The notes beneath the pieces are model-generated. The model had not been told where the DNA came from, searched no databases, and saw only the letters and a program-made list of their open reading frames with translations. Shown one piece after another: positions 8,407-18,649 of a DNA stretch of 64,000 nucleotides (position 1 is its first letter; each line of letters opens with the position of its first letter). The DNA is from Bacteroidales bacterium (GTDB taxonomy: Bacteria > Bacteroidota > Bacteroidia > Bacteroidales > WCHB1-69): positions 127,048 through 191,047 of the forward strand of contig JAEETJ010000003.1 in NCBI GenBank assembly GCA_016290295.1, in the 5' to 3' direction. Both the position numbers and the translations under genes were made by a program.

Positions 8407-8545
8407 CAGAGTTTTTAATCACCATAAGAGAAATTATCTCTTTTTATGTCTGTTCTTTCTGAGACGTTTTTTTCTCTTATGGGTTGACATTTTATGTCTT
8501 TTTCTTTTTTTACCACTGGGCATAGTGCTAAGATTTTAAGGTTAG

Positions 8546-8827
8546 TTATTTGATTTTCTTTACTACGTTCACGAAAGTCTTGCAAGGTTTGAATGCGGGG
8601 ATTTTGTGAGCGGGGATAACGATAGTTTGTTTCTTAGAGATATTTCTAGCGGTTTTTTCAGCTCTTTCTTTTACAATAAAACTACCGAAACCTCTCAAAT
8701 AGACATTCTCATTCTTTGCCAAAGAGCCCTTAACACTGGTCATAAAGGCTTCTACCACGGTTTGAACTGCATTCTTGTCAAAACCTGTCTTGTTTGAAAT
8801 TTCGTTTACGATTTCAGCTTTTGTCAT
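8546..8827 (-). CDS. hup: HU family DNA-binding protein
   Basis: 93 aa. MTKAEIVNEIS...GFGSF.VKERA.KTARN...IPA...P.FKP, a typical HU/IHF fold sequence. Confidence 0.9.
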   Translation of the reverse strand: MTKAEIVNEISNKTGFDKNAVQTVVEAFMTSVKGSLAKNENVYLRGFGSFIVKERAEKTARNISKKQTIVIPAHKIPAFKPCKTFVNVVKKIK

Positions 8828-8871
8828 AATTGTTATTTTTAATGGTTAAATGGTTAAAAATTTTTGGACTG

Positions 8872-8879
8872 CAAAAATA
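8872..8879 (-). promoter_or_regulatory. -7 promoter box (TATTTTTG)
   Basis: Plus strand reads CAAAAATA, 45 nt upstream of the hup ATG. Confidence 0.55.
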
Positions 8880-8927
8880 CACATTTATTTCATTCAAAAG
8901 CAACATTTTACAAAAAAAATTTTCAGC

Positions 8928-9767
8928 TTAAATTTTTTCTATAATTTTCTTAGCCAAACGGCTTGCTCCGATTCTGAAATATTGTTTATTCAGCCACTTT
9001 TCGCCTAATACATTTTCTAAAATCTTGACATATAGAATGGAAGTTTCCGCATCGGAGATGCCGCCAGCGGGCTTCATACCCACTATCTTACCTGTCTGTT
9101 TGTAGTAATCGTTAATAGCATCCAGCATAATCAAAAATGATTCAGGGGTGGCATTGACGGAAATTTTGCCTGTGGAGGTCTTGATAAAGTCCGCGCCAGC
9201 TTCCATGGCCATCATGGAGGCCGCATAGATGTTGTCGGCAGTTTTCAATTCGCCAGTTTCCAAAATGACCTTCAGATGTGCTTCGCCACAGGCTTTTTTG
9301 ATGGCGACAATCTCGTCAAACACATCCTGATAGTTGCCTTCCAAGAACTTGCCGCGTGAAATGACCATGTCGATTTCGTCGGCACCGGCGTTGACCGCGT
9401 ATTTTACTTCAGCCACCTTGATTTCTATAGGGGACTGTCCGGCGGGGAACGCACCAGCGACAGAGGCTACATGAATGTCCGTGCCCTTCAGCAGCTGCTT
9501 GGCTTGGGCTACAAAAGGCGGATACACGCATACCGCAGCGGTGCTGGGAATATGTCGTGCTTCATCCTTGAAATTGATGGCGGTTTGACACAGTTCGTTG
9601 ATTTTTTGAGCGTTGTCGCTGCCTTCAAGCGTGGTGAGGTCAATGACGCCTAAAACAAAGCGATAGGCTTCTGCTTCGGTAAAATACTTCAATTCCGCCT
9701 CACCATACTGTTTGATGCGCTGAGCGATTTCCTCTTCCTTTCTGGGATAATTCTTGTATGCTACCAT
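8928..9767 (-). CDS. deoC: deoxyribose-phosphate aldolase
   Basis: 279 aa. Motifs AAVCVYP, GADEIDMVI, LKVILETG and the Schiff-base lysine context GADFIKTSTGK. Confidence 0.9.
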   Translation of the reverse strand: MVAYKNYPRKEEEIAQRIKQYGEAELKYFTEAEAYRFVLGVIDLTTLEGSDNAQKINELCQTAINFKDEARHIPSTAAVCVYPPFVAQAKQLLKGTDIHVASVAGAFPAGQSPIEIKVAEVKYAVNAGADEIDMVISRGKFLEGNYQDVFDEIVAIKKACGEAHLKVILETGELKTADNIYAASMMAMEAGADFIKTSTGKISVNATPESFLIMLDAINDYYKQTGKIVGMKPAGGISDAETSILYVKILENVLGEKWLNKQYFRIGASRLAKKIIEKI

Positions 9768-9772
9768 TATAA

Positions 9773-9863
9773 TTGACAGTTAATAATTAATAATTTATAG
9801 TTTTGAATTTTGAATTCTTAATTCTTAATATCTGTAATCTGCTCCCTGTTCCCTGTAACCTCA
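9773..9863. repeat. heptamer array (13 words in one register)
   Basis: TTGACAG TTAATAA TTAATAA TTTATAG TTTTGAA TTTTGAA TTCTTAA TTCTTAA TATCTGT AATCTGC TCCCTGT TCCCTGT AACCTCA. Overlaps the last ~15 codons of the AI-2E transporter gene. Confidence 0.8.
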
Positions 9864-10954
9864 TTTTGCTCGTCATCATCAATGAAGTATTGTCCGAAGA
9901 GTTCCTTGAAGACGATACGCAGGAGAGTGTAAACAGGAACGGCGAAGATCATGCCCAGTACACCACCGATTTGGGAGGCGGCCATGATGACAATGAAGAT
10001 TTCAATGGGGTGTGCCTTCACACTCTTTCCGTAGATGACAGGCTGCAGCACAAAGTTGTCAATCAGCTGTGCTGAGAAGAAGATGGCCACCACCTTTATA
10101 ATATTATACAACACATCTATACCTGCAGGCGACAGAGGAATCATGCTGGTACAGGAAATGATGACATTCAAGCATAATGAAATCAAGGGTCCAAGATAGG
10201 GGATGACATTCAATAAGCCCGACAATACACCTATCAGAGCAGCATCGGGAACTCCTAACAGTTTGCAGGCGATACCATTGATAAGCCCCACAATGCACAT
10301 CTCAATGAGTACTCCTCCGAAGTATCTACCAACCTGTTTGCCCGTGGCTTCCACAATGTTGCTGAAGTTAGGACGCAGTTTGCTGGGGATGAATTTACGT
10401 ATGGTCTTAAGGAAAATACCATCATCTTTTAAGGAGAAAAAAGTGAGGAAAAGGATGGCAAAAACAGCCACAAACACGCTGGCGATGATGCCAACAAGGT
10501 TGCCAAGGATATTCCCGAAATCAAGTCTTTTGACAAGTCCCTGAAGTTGTAGGACCAGTCCCTCGGAAATCTCTGTGGCGGTCACGTCTATGCCTTGGTT
10601 AGAAGCAATATGCTCGAATTTGGAAAGAAAACGGTTGTAACCTTCCACAACCACTTGAGGATCAATGGAGGTGAGATTCTTGACTTCCTGGCTGATGAGA
10701 GGGGTCAGAATGGCAAAAAAGCCATAGAAAAATCCGAAAATAATCACCATGGCTATAATGGCTGCCAAGGGACGGGGGAAGGTGAATTTTTTGATTCTTA
10801 TTTTGCAAAGCAGCTTGACAATGGGGCGTCCTGCTACGGTAAGGGCGAGAGCAACGAGCAAATATATGACAATACTGGAGAAATACCAGCAGAGGAAAGC
10901 CAGTAAAGCTAAAAACAGCAGGATTACTAACATATGGGGAAGGTCGGACTTCAT
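9818..10954 (-). CDS. AI-2E family transporter (PerM/UPF0118)
   Basis: 378 aa, polytopic membrane protein. Family-typical stretch LLGVPDAALIGVLSGLLNVIPYLGPLIS. Confidence 0.85.
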   Translation of the reverse strand: MKSDLPHMLVILLFLALLAFLCWYFSSIVIYLLVALALTVAGRPIVKLLCKIRIKKFTFPRPLAAIIAMVIIFGFFYGFFAILTPLISQEVKNLTSIDPQVVVEGYNRFLSKFEHIASNQGIDVTATEISEGLVLQLQGLVKRLDFGNILGNLVGIIASVFVAVFAILFLTFFSLKDDGIFLKTIRKFIPSKLRPNFSNIVEATGKQVGRYFGGVLIEMCIVGLINGIACKLLGVPDAALIGVLSGLLNVIPYLGPLISLCLNVIISCTSMIPLSPAGIDVLYNIIKVVAIFFSAQLIDNFVLQPVIYGKSVKAHPIEIFIVIMAASQIGGVLGMIFAVPVYTLLRIVFKELFGQYFIDDDEQNEVTGNREQITDIKN

Positions 10955-10959
10955 ATCGC

Positions 10960-13900
10960 TTAATTTTTCTTTTTGTTCTTCTTCTGTTTTTCCTTCTTTT
11001 CCTTTTTCTTGATATCTATTTTAGCATCTTTAAATGCTTCGGAAAAATCGTTTTTATTGTTGAATTCTTGTTTGTACATCAAGGCAAGTCCAACACCGGC
11101 AATTCGTTTGTAGGATTCCAAAGCGTACTGGTCGTTGAAGTTGTATATTTTTACACGCCAATTGCCTTTTTTGGTGATCAGGTATTCCAAACTGAAGTCA
11201 CCATAGAAGTTCTCGATGCTGGTTTTACCGCCATTTGCGGAAGTGTTGTCGTAATAGCCGATGTTGGTCTCGAAAATCATACGGTCCTGCAAAAACTGCA
11301 CATTGGCGTTCAGCCCGTATTCGGCAGCAGTCTGCTGAGTTTTGTTTTTATAAACAATGCCCACACCAGCATGTTTCATTTGTCTGGATATGAAGTTGTT
11401 GACAAAATTCGTCAGAATGCCAATGCCACCACTCTCTACCGTGCTGGAAATATCCTCGTTGGAGGCATCGTCGGGCATGAATTGGTTGGTTAACAAGAAG
11501 ATGAAGAACTGTTTGGAACGGTTCTGGGGGTTGGTAGTATCTATGGCCATAAAAACAGCTCTATTCATCTCCTGATCCGCATTGGGCATCTCAAAAGAAA
11601 AATCTATAGAGGGGTATTTCATTAACTGTCCATTCATGTGAATGTATGCGTTGACAGGAGTACGTGTGGTGCTGGCGGTTTCCTCGCCGTATGACAGGAT
11701 GTTCGACAGTGAGGCTCGTGCATTGTAGTATGCACTGACATTGACATTGAAATCGGCTACGGGTCCATCGAAATATACCATGCCGCCAGGTACCAGTTTG
11801 AGCTTGGTGTTGACAATGTTTTCCAATGAAAGCAGAAAATCTCCGGAGTTGATTTCCAAATCACCATAGATGTTCACTCCGATAATATCGTTATACAGTA
11901 AGTGAAGTCGTCCAGTGGTATTGGCTCTCATAGTGCCTCCGATAGCCATCACATCCACCTGTACATCAGCTTCGGGGGTGACATTGAAAATGAAGTCGAA
12001 ATTCAGCTGCATTTTCTCTTCTGTAGCAGGCATTACCACTACAGAATCCTGTATCACAGTCTTGAAACGTATATTTGAATTCTCAGATACGGATTGAGAA
12101 GATGTGATAGGGAAGTAGATGGAACTTCCTCTCAGGGTGGTGAGGTTATCGCTGCTGAAGGCAAGTTGCTTGTCGTCGCCCTTGATTTTAACGCCACCGG
12201 ATACATAACCTTTGCCGTAAAAACTGCTGTTATTGTCACGGGGCAGGTTGAGTGCCAAGAGGCGAAGGGTATTGATATCCAGGTCTATCTTCATGTCTTT
12301 GAATAAATTATGATAGATATGACCATTCATGGTGGCGGAATTTCTATCTTTATCTGTCAAGATAATATTATCGAAAATAATACCTTTGTTATTGAATAAA
12401 ACATCCTGATTGTCAATGTAATATACAGTTCCCAAAGGGGTAATGCCCATGGTCATATTATTGACATGAGCCTTGCCGGAAATATAGGCGGAGTCGGTAC
12501 TGGCTATAAAACTGAGTTCACCGGAAGCGGTACCTGTGACTTGATTGCTGAAAGACGACAGGAACGGCTGCAAAAAGCCGAGGTCGAGGCTGCCAACATT
12601 GGCTTTGGCAACAAAACGCTTGATATGACTGAGGTAATAGCCGTTGATATTGGCTAACTTATTATTTTCAGTTTGATAGTTTTTGATGGTGTACTCATTA
12701 ATGATGTTTGAAGATATGGGCTCTTCACGCTTGAAAATACCGCCGGAGAACCCCAAGGAACCCCCTTCACCGATGCCGGCGGTTAAAAACACATTGCCTA
12801 ATTGTGTTTTATTGAATGTGAAATCGGAAGCCATGAGTTTTCCCATGACGACTCGGTTTTCATCGCGCATGGTAATGTCTGCATTGGCAGATAACATGCC
12901 GTCGAAACTGATGCCGCGTAGGAAGTTGTTGACAATACCGATATCGAAATTATTGATGGCTATGGTCAACTTGTCGTTGGGCAGTTTGGAAAATACACCA
13001 TTCGCCGAAATGCTGCTTTCATTGTCACTGAGCACCAGATTGTCTATCAGAATGCGTTGTTTTTGAATGGTTATGGCATTGCGGTTGTTGAATTTGAAAT
13101 TGTATTCGTTCAACAGGATTTGCGAATCTGTAAAACGAGCAACCATGCTGCTCTTGTCTTGAGCATCAAAGGTTCCTTTGATGTGGGAGAAAGGTCTGTT
13201 TTCATCTGAAATGTCTTTCCAAGACAGCTGATAATCGATATAAGACTGGAACATGTCGGCTTGGAGTCCAATCTGATGCAAAGACAAAGTGGCACCTTTC
13301 TTATTGGCCAATGAGATAGAGTCGCTGGTGACATCGATAATCATGTGATGGTTGGCAGCGGTATTGGAAGCAAGATGTAAATTGTTGATATTGAAGCGGT
13401 CTTTGAAGGATGCTTTAGGAATTACGATGTTGATGTGGTCCTGTTCCGCGATGTCGTCCAAACGCAAATCGATACTACTATGCTCCGCTATATATAGTTC
13501 GGGAAGGAAGATGTAGAGCAAGGGCTCTGTGTTAAATGTTTCGAAGGAAAAGTTGAAATGTTTGTCTTCCTGTTTTGTGTTGGCCATTGCTTTGTTCTTG
13601 CTTGCCTCTCTTTGAGGAAGGATATTGGGAATATAGCGATAGGCAAAATTAAATAGAGAATCCTGGATGTCTTTGTATGCGTAGTTGGTGTTGAGGGAGG
13701 CATTGACGATGTCGGAAGACAAAATGTATTTGTGCAGTCCGGCAGGGGTATTGATGGCGGTAAAGCGGATTCTTTCACTATATAAAGGTTGTATTTCATT
13801 GAATATCTGAAGTCCATCAATGCCGACAAAACCGTTCAGATTGTTCAAGTTAGAACCTGTGGAATTAAAGATTAGCGTATCGAAAGAGATTTCCACATTG

Positions 13901-15606
13901 GGATGTTGTTGAGCGAAAAGAATCAGTTTGTCAATACCTTTGGCCGTGGCAGTGTCGATGGGTGCGTGGTAGGTGGCCACTTCGCTCAATTTAATGCTAT
14001 GCAGCCCCAAGTTGGCTTGGATATTAGGTTCAAGCGAAGAGAAATCGGCAGAACCATCGAGATTGAGGTTGATTCTGGAGTCGTTAGAGCATAAGGTGGC
14101 CTTGCATGTCTTGTTTTTATATTGTCCATCGAGGTTGATGTCAGAAATTGGATATCCGAAGAGGTCGAAACGGGAAATTTTGCTATGCACATTGGCTGCA
14201 AGCGTGGAGAGGAATTCCGGCTTGTCCATTGGGTCGTCACTTGTGCCGTCAAGCTTGATGACAAAATGAGTTTGGCCGAAATACTTGCTGTTGTTGATGA
14301 GTCGTCCAAGATTGAAGTTATTGGAAGCGAGGTCTCCACTAAAACTAACTTGTTCGCCTAAGTCCTTGGAGGACATGTTGGCACGAACCGAGCCGATGCC
14401 TGTGGCAATGTCCATTTTGGTATTGATAGCAGGCACATATCCGTTTAAAGTTCCTTTTAATTGAGCATAGCCCAGTCGTTTTGCGATGTCGGGCAGCGGT
14501 ATTTTTTTGCCATTGGGAAGTTTAAATTCGGCCAATTCCTTCATGTTGAAATAGGAATCGTTGAAGTTCAAATTCCATACGGCATGTTTGAAATCTGTGA
14601 TGTCTTTTAAGGCAAAATCACCTTTGAAATAGGTGCTGCTGTTGTAATGGCAATCGAAATCTATCAGTTTCAAGTCGTTGACACAACCACTGACCAGTCC
14701 GCTGAAATGCAGGCAGTCGTCCATGCCGCGGATAGCTCCAGCATAACAGGCGGCATCTGTCAAACAGAAATCTGAAGGCCGAACTGTGGCGGTGATATTC
14801 ACACTATCGAGAAAATCACCGAGATTTTTCCATTTGCCATAGTCAAAGCGTAAATCCAAGTCTAAATTGCTGTTCTCTGTCTGGAGTTTGCAGTCGTCGA
14901 AACGCAGTAGATGACTGTTGATTTGGAAGTCGCCAGAGCCTTTGACCAGATGGAAACCGAAATATTGGTCGTAGCCGATTTGCTTGATTTTAGCGGAAAT
15001 ATCATCATTATAGACTTGGAACTTGTCGGCTTTGAAATCGATATGTCGTAGTTCAAAGAAGCCAGGGTCCATCTCTTGTCCTTCAATGTAGGGTGTTTTC
15101 TGCTGCTTGTTTTGGTTGGCAATCGAAAAACGGGAATTGACAAGCTGGATTTTGTCAATGCGCAGGATGAAGTCTTTCGGATTCTTTTTGGGTTTGGAGA
15201 TTTTCTTGGCCCAAGCGGAAATGTTGACCATGGTATCGCTCTCGTAGGTGACCAGGGTCACATCAGCCTCCGTGGCGGTAACGCTATGGAATGAAAGAGT
15301 CAAAGGCTTGGTTTTCAGTGTTTTGAAACGTCCTTTGACGTGCTTGACGTAGATCATGGGCTGATTGTGCAAGTCCTTGATGACAAAGTCGTCGGCGGCA
15401 ATGCGCAGGGTGGGGGTAACGTAAATGCGACCTACCCCGATCTCTGCTCCCCATTTGTCTGAGATAAAACCGGTGACTTTGCCGATGACATAGTTCTGGA
15501 CAGAAGGAACAAAAAACAGTCCAACTATCAATAAATCAAGGGCAATAAAAATACCGATGATCCATAGTAGCACCTTTCCGATTTTTTTTATAATTTTGCC
15601 CTTCAA
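10960..15606 (-). CDS. tamB: translocation/assembly module TamB-like protein
   Basis: 1548 aa. N-terminal membrane anchor (VLLWIIGIFIALDLLIVGLFFV) and a long beta-rich body, with the size and architecture of Bacteroidetes TamB/DUF490 proteins. The only available start is TTG at 15606. Confidence 0.7.
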   Translation of the reverse strand: MKGKIIKKIGKVLLWIIGIFIALDLLIVGLFFVPSVQNYVIGKVTGFISDKWGAEIGVGRIYVTPTLRIAADDFVIKDLHNQPMIYVKHVKGRFKTLKTKPLTLSFHSVTATEADVTLVTYESDTMVNISAWAKKISKPKKNPKDFILRIDKIQLVNSRFSIANQNKQQKTPYIEGQEMDPGFFELRHIDFKADKFQVYNDDISAKIKQIGYDQYFGFHLVKGSGDFQINSHLLRFDDCKLQTENSNLDLDLRFDYGKWKNLGDFLDSVNITATVRPSDFCLTDAACYAGAIRGMDDCLHFSGLVSGCVNDLKLIDFDCHYNSSTYFKGDFALKDITDFKHAVWNLNFNDSYFNMKELAEFKLPNGKKIPLPDIAKRLGYAQLKGTLNGYVPAINTKMDIATGIGSVRANMSSKDLGEQVSFSGDLASNNFNLGRLINNSKYFGQTHFVIKLDGTSDDPMDKPEFLSTLAANVHSKISRFDLFGYPISDINLDGQYKNKTCKATLCSNDSRINLNLDGSADFSSLEPNIQANLGLHSIKLSEVATYHAPIDTATAKGIDKLILFAQQHPNVEISFDTLIFNSTGSNLNNLNGFVGIDGLQIFNEIQPLYSERIRFTAINTPAGLHKYILSSDIVNASLNTNYAYKDIQDSLFNFAYRYIPNILPQREASKNKAMANTKQEDKHFNFSFETFNTEPLLYIFLPELYIAEHSSIDLRLDDIAEQDHINIVIPKASFKDRFNINNLHLASNTAANHHMIIDVTSDSISLANKKGATLSLHQIGLQADMFQSYIDYQLSWKDISDENRPFSHIKGTFDAQDKSSMVARFTDSQILLNEYNFKFNNRNAITIQKQRILIDNLVLSDNESSISANGVFSKLPNDKLTIAINNFDIGIVNNFLRGISFDGMLSANADITMRDENRVVMGKLMASDFTFNKTQLGNVFLTAGIGEGGSLGFSGGIFKREEPISSNIINEYTIKNYQTENNKLANINGYYLSHIKRFVAKANVGSLDLGFLQPFLSSFSNQVTGTASGELSFIASTDSAYISGKAHVNNMTMGITPLGTVYYIDNQDVLFNNKGIIFDNIILTDKDRNSATMNGHIYHNLFKDMKIDLDINTLRLLALNLPRDNNSSFYGKGYVSGGVKIKGDDKQLAFSSDNLTTLRGSSIYFPITSSQSVSENSNIRFKTVIQDSVVVMPATEEKMQLNFDFIFNVTPEADVQVDVMAIGGTMRANTTGRLHLLYNDIIGVNIYGDLEINSGDFLLSLENIVNTKLKLVPGGMVYFDGPVADFNVNVSAYYNARASLSNILSYGEETASTTRTPVNAYIHMNGQLMKYPSIDFSFEMPNADQEMNRAVFMAIDTTNPQNRSKQFFIFLLTNQFMPDDASNEDISSTVESGGIGILTNFVNNFISRQMKHAGVGIVYKNKTQQTAAEYGLNANVQFLQDRMIFETNIGYYDNTSANGGKTSIENFYGDFSLEYLITKKGNWRVKIYNFNDQYALESYKRIAGVGLALMYKQEFNNKNDFSEAFKDAKIDIKKKEKKEKQKKNKKKN

Positions 15607-15618
15607 AATATTGAGTTT

Positions 15619-16632
15619 ATGTCAGCCTATATTCTTGGTATCGAATCTTCCTGCGATGACACGTCTGCTGCCGTCATTGCCGATACTACCATCCTATCCA
15701 ATGTCATTGCCAGTCAGAAAGTTCACGCCGAATATGGGGGCGTTGTTCCCGAGCTGGCATCCCGTGCTCATCAGCAAAATATCATCCCCGTTGTGGACAC
15801 CGCACTTCACCGTGCAAAGATAAACAAAAATCAAATATCTGCGATAGGTTTTACAAATGGTCCCGGATTGCTGGGTTCTTTGCTGGTGGGAAGCTCCTTC
15901 GCCAAGGCTATGGCCTATAGTCTGGACGTGCCCCTGATTGAGGTAAATCACTTACAGGCACACGTTTTGGCGAATTTTTTGAACAAGAGTGATGATGATT
16001 CCGCCAAGCCTCATTTCCCCTTCCTTTGCCTGACGGTTTCAGGTGGTCATACCATGTTACTGAAGGTGAATGACTACTTCGAAATGGAACGTTTGGGAGT
16101 AACTATCGACGATGCTGCAGGCGAAGCGTTCGACAAAGCAGCCAAAATCATGGGCTTGCCATACCCCGGAGGACCGGTAATTGACCGACTGGCCGCAGAG
16201 GGAGACCCTAAGCGTTTTCAGTTCTCCATTGCCCATCTGCCAGGCTTGGATTACAGCTTCAGTGGCTTGAAAACCTCGTTTCTCTATTTCGTCAGAGATG
16301 AGCTGAAAAATGATCCAGATTTTATTCAAAAGAATCAGAAAGATTTAGCGGCCTCAATGCAATATGCCATTATTAAGTCATTGACCAATAAGGTGGTACA
16401 AGCATTAAAGCAATATGATTGCAAGGATTTGGTTTTGGCGGGCGGTGTGTCGGCTAACAAGGGCCTGCGCACGGCCATGCAGCAGATTGCTGACCGTTAC
16501 CATCGCAACTTGATATTGCCCACCATTGACCTGACCACAGACAATGCCGCCATGATTGCCGTGTGTGCCTATTTCAAGTATCTGAAAAAAGATTATACCT
16601 CGTTGGATGTCGTACCTTATAGCTCTTGTTAA
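15619..16632 (+). CDS. tsaD: tRNA N6-adenosine threonylcarbamoyltransferase
   Basis: 337 aa. ILGIESSCDDTSAAV N-terminus and Kae1/Gcp family sequence throughout. Confidence 0.95.
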   Translation: MSAYILGIESSCDDTSAAVIADTTILSNVIASQKVHAEYGGVVPELASRAHQQNIIPVVDTALHRAKINKNQISAIGFTNGPGLLGSLLVGSSFAKAMAYSLDVPLIEVNHLQAHVLANFLNKSDDDSAKPHFPFLCLTVSGGHTMLLKVNDYFEMERLGVTIDDAAGEAFDKAAKIMGLPYPGGPVIDRLAAEGDPKRFQFSIAHLPGLDYSFSGLKTSFLYFVRDELKNDPDFIQKNQKDLAASMQYAIIKSLTNKVVQALKQYDCKDLVLAGGVSANKGLRTAMQQIADRYHRNLILPTIDLTTDNAAMIAVCAYFKYLKKDYTSLDVVPYSSC

Positions 16633-16634
16633 TT

Positions 16635-18620
16635 ATGGAAACTCCCGAATTGGTATTGATTGACCCTTGGCTGAAGCCGTATAAGCAAAGCCTGTTTCGT
16701 CGCCATCAGATGGCGGTGCTGCGTATGCTGGATTTTACCGATGGCAAGTGCTCGCTGAAAGACAAGGCCAACCATCATTTGTATTACGGTCTGCATAAAA
16801 GTGAAAAGAACACCTGGATTTTTCGCGAAAAAGCGCCCAATGCCAAGCAAATTTTTTTGATGGGGGATTTCTCTTATTGGCAGGTGCAGCCGCAATACGC
16901 CTTGCATCCTATCGGCAATGGTGATTGGGAGATTGAATTACCAGAGAGTTTTCTGAAGCATGGCATGTTGTACAAGCTGTGGATGGTGTGGCAGGATGGT
17001 GCTGACGAGCGTTTGCCCTCTTGCGTGACCCGTGTGGTGCAAGATGATACCACTAAGATTTTCTCCGCTCAGGTGTGGGAACCTGAAAAACCCTATCAGT
17101 TCAAGCATTCTTCCCCGAAGAAACCTGAAAATCCACTGATTTATGAGGCACATGTGGGCATGTCGTCTGAGGAGGAGAAGGTTTCTACCTATTGGGAGTT
17201 TAAGGAATATGTGTTGCCGAGAATCAAAGAATTGGGATACAATACGATACAGCTGATGGCCATCCAAGAGCATCCTTATTATGGTTCTTTTGGTTATCAG
17301 GTGTCTAATTTGTTTGCCCCTTCCTTCCGTTTCGGCACGCCTGAAGAACTGATGGAGCTGATTGACACAGCACATGGGATGGGCATTTCTGTCATTTTGG
17401 ATGTGGTGCATTCTCATGCCGTCACTAATGAGAAAGAGGGACTCAGTCGCTTCGATGGCTCGGAAACCTTGTATTTCCATGGTGGCGAGCGGGGCAAGCA
17501 TCCAGTATGGGATTCCCGCTGCTTCGACTACGGCAAGCAGGAAACCGTTACTTTGCTCCTGTCCAATCTGAAATATTGGTTGGAAAATTTCCATTTCGAT
17601 GGTTTCCGCTTTGACGGGGTGACCAGCATGTGTTACTGGAACCACGGTATTGGCGTGGATTTTGTGGGTTATGATCAGTATTTCGACGGCAATGTGGATG
17701 AGGATGCGGTGACCTACTTGACTTTAGCCAATATTTTGATCAAAGAAGTGAATCCGGAGGCCTTGACGATTGCCGAGGATGTGAGTGGAATGCCTGGCAT
17801 GGCATTCCCAGTGGAACGTGGTGGTATCGGCTTCGACTACCGCATGTCGATGGGCATTGCCGATTATTGGATGAAGATTGTCAAAGAGCGGAAAGACGAG
17901 GATTGGAGTGTGGGCGAGATGTTTTTCAAAATGACGGACCACCGCAAGGAAGAACGGGTGGTAAGCTATGTGGAAAGCCATGATCAGGCGATGGTGGGTG
18001 ATAAAACGTTGATATTTAGATTGATAGATAAAGAAATGTACACTTCTATGTCGGTCTTTACGCCCAATTTGGTGGTGGATAGGGGAGTGGCATTACACAA
18101 GATGGTGCGCTTGCTGACGCTGAGTTTGTCGGGCGGCGGCTATCTTAATTTCATGGGCAATGAGTTCGGTCATCCGGAATGGATAGATTTTCCGAGAGCG
18201 GGAAATAATTGGTCGTATCAGCATGCTCGCAGACAATGGTCGCTAGCAGATAACAAGGATTTGAAATACCATGCCCTCAATGAGTTCGACAAGGCGATGG
18301 TGCATTTGATTACAGAGGAGCATTGTTTACAGTCGGAAGCGAAACTGATCTTGCAAAACGAAGGCGACCAGGTGCTGGCTTTCAGCCGTGGCAACTGCCT
18401 GTTTGTCTTTAATTTTAGCCCTGATAAATCGTATGCTGATTATGAAATAGAATGTCCTTCAGGAGATTACAAAATCGTATTGGATACCGATGACCCGAAT
18501 TTTGCCGGTTTCGGCAATGTGGATCACAGGATGACATACACATCCCAACCGCAAGACGGAAAAACCGCCGTGCGGTTGTACTTGCCATCTCGCACGGCGG
18601 TGGTGCTGAAGAAACAATAA
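16635..18620 (+). CDS. glgB: 1,4-alpha-glucan branching enzyme (GH13)
   Basis: GH13 regions DVVHSH, GFRFDGVTSM, AEDVSG and ESHDQ. ATG 16635 is 2 nt after the tsaD stop; the ORF-track start at 16626 is TTG. Confidence 0.85.
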   Translation: METPELVLIDPWLKPYKQSLFRRHQMAVLRMLDFTDGKCSLKDKANHHLYYGLHKSEKNTWIFREKAPNAKQIFLMGDFSYWQVQPQYALHPIGNGDWEIELPESFLKHGMLYKLWMVWQDGADERLPSCVTRVVQDDTTKIFSAQVWEPEKPYQFKHSSPKKPENPLIYEAHVGMSSEEEKVSTYWEFKEYVLPRIKELGYNTIQLMAIQEHPYYGSFGYQVSNLFAPSFRFGTPEELMELIDTAHGMGISVILDVVHSHAVTNEKEGLSRFDGSETLYFHGGERGKHPVWDSRCFDYGKQETVTLLLSNLKYWLENFHFDGFRFDGVTSMCYWNHGIGVDFVGYDQYFDGNVDEDAVTYLTLANILIKEVNPEALTIAEDVSGMPGMAFPVERGGIGFDYRMSMGIADYWMKIVKERKDEDWSVGEMFFKMTDHRKEERVVSYVESHDQAMVGDKTLIFRLIDKEMYTSMSVFTPNLVVDRGVALHKMVRLLTLSLSGGGYLNFMGNEFGHPEWIDFPRAGNNWSYQHARRQWSLADNKDLKYHALNEFDKAMVHLITEEHCLQSEAKLILQNEGDQVLAFSRGNCLFVFNFSPDKSYADYEIECPSGDYKIVLDTDDPNFAGFGNVDHRMTYTSQPQDGKTAVRLYLPSRTAVVLKKQ

Positions 18621-18649
18621 AGGAATATGGTGATAATTCCCATATTCTT

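Noticed and set aside
16938-17645. 235-aa minus-strand ORF inside glgB
   Set aside because: It is antisense to the GH13 catalytic regions (DVVHSH, GFRFDGVTSM), its composition is His/Arg/Leu/Gln-rich, and it has no independent support.
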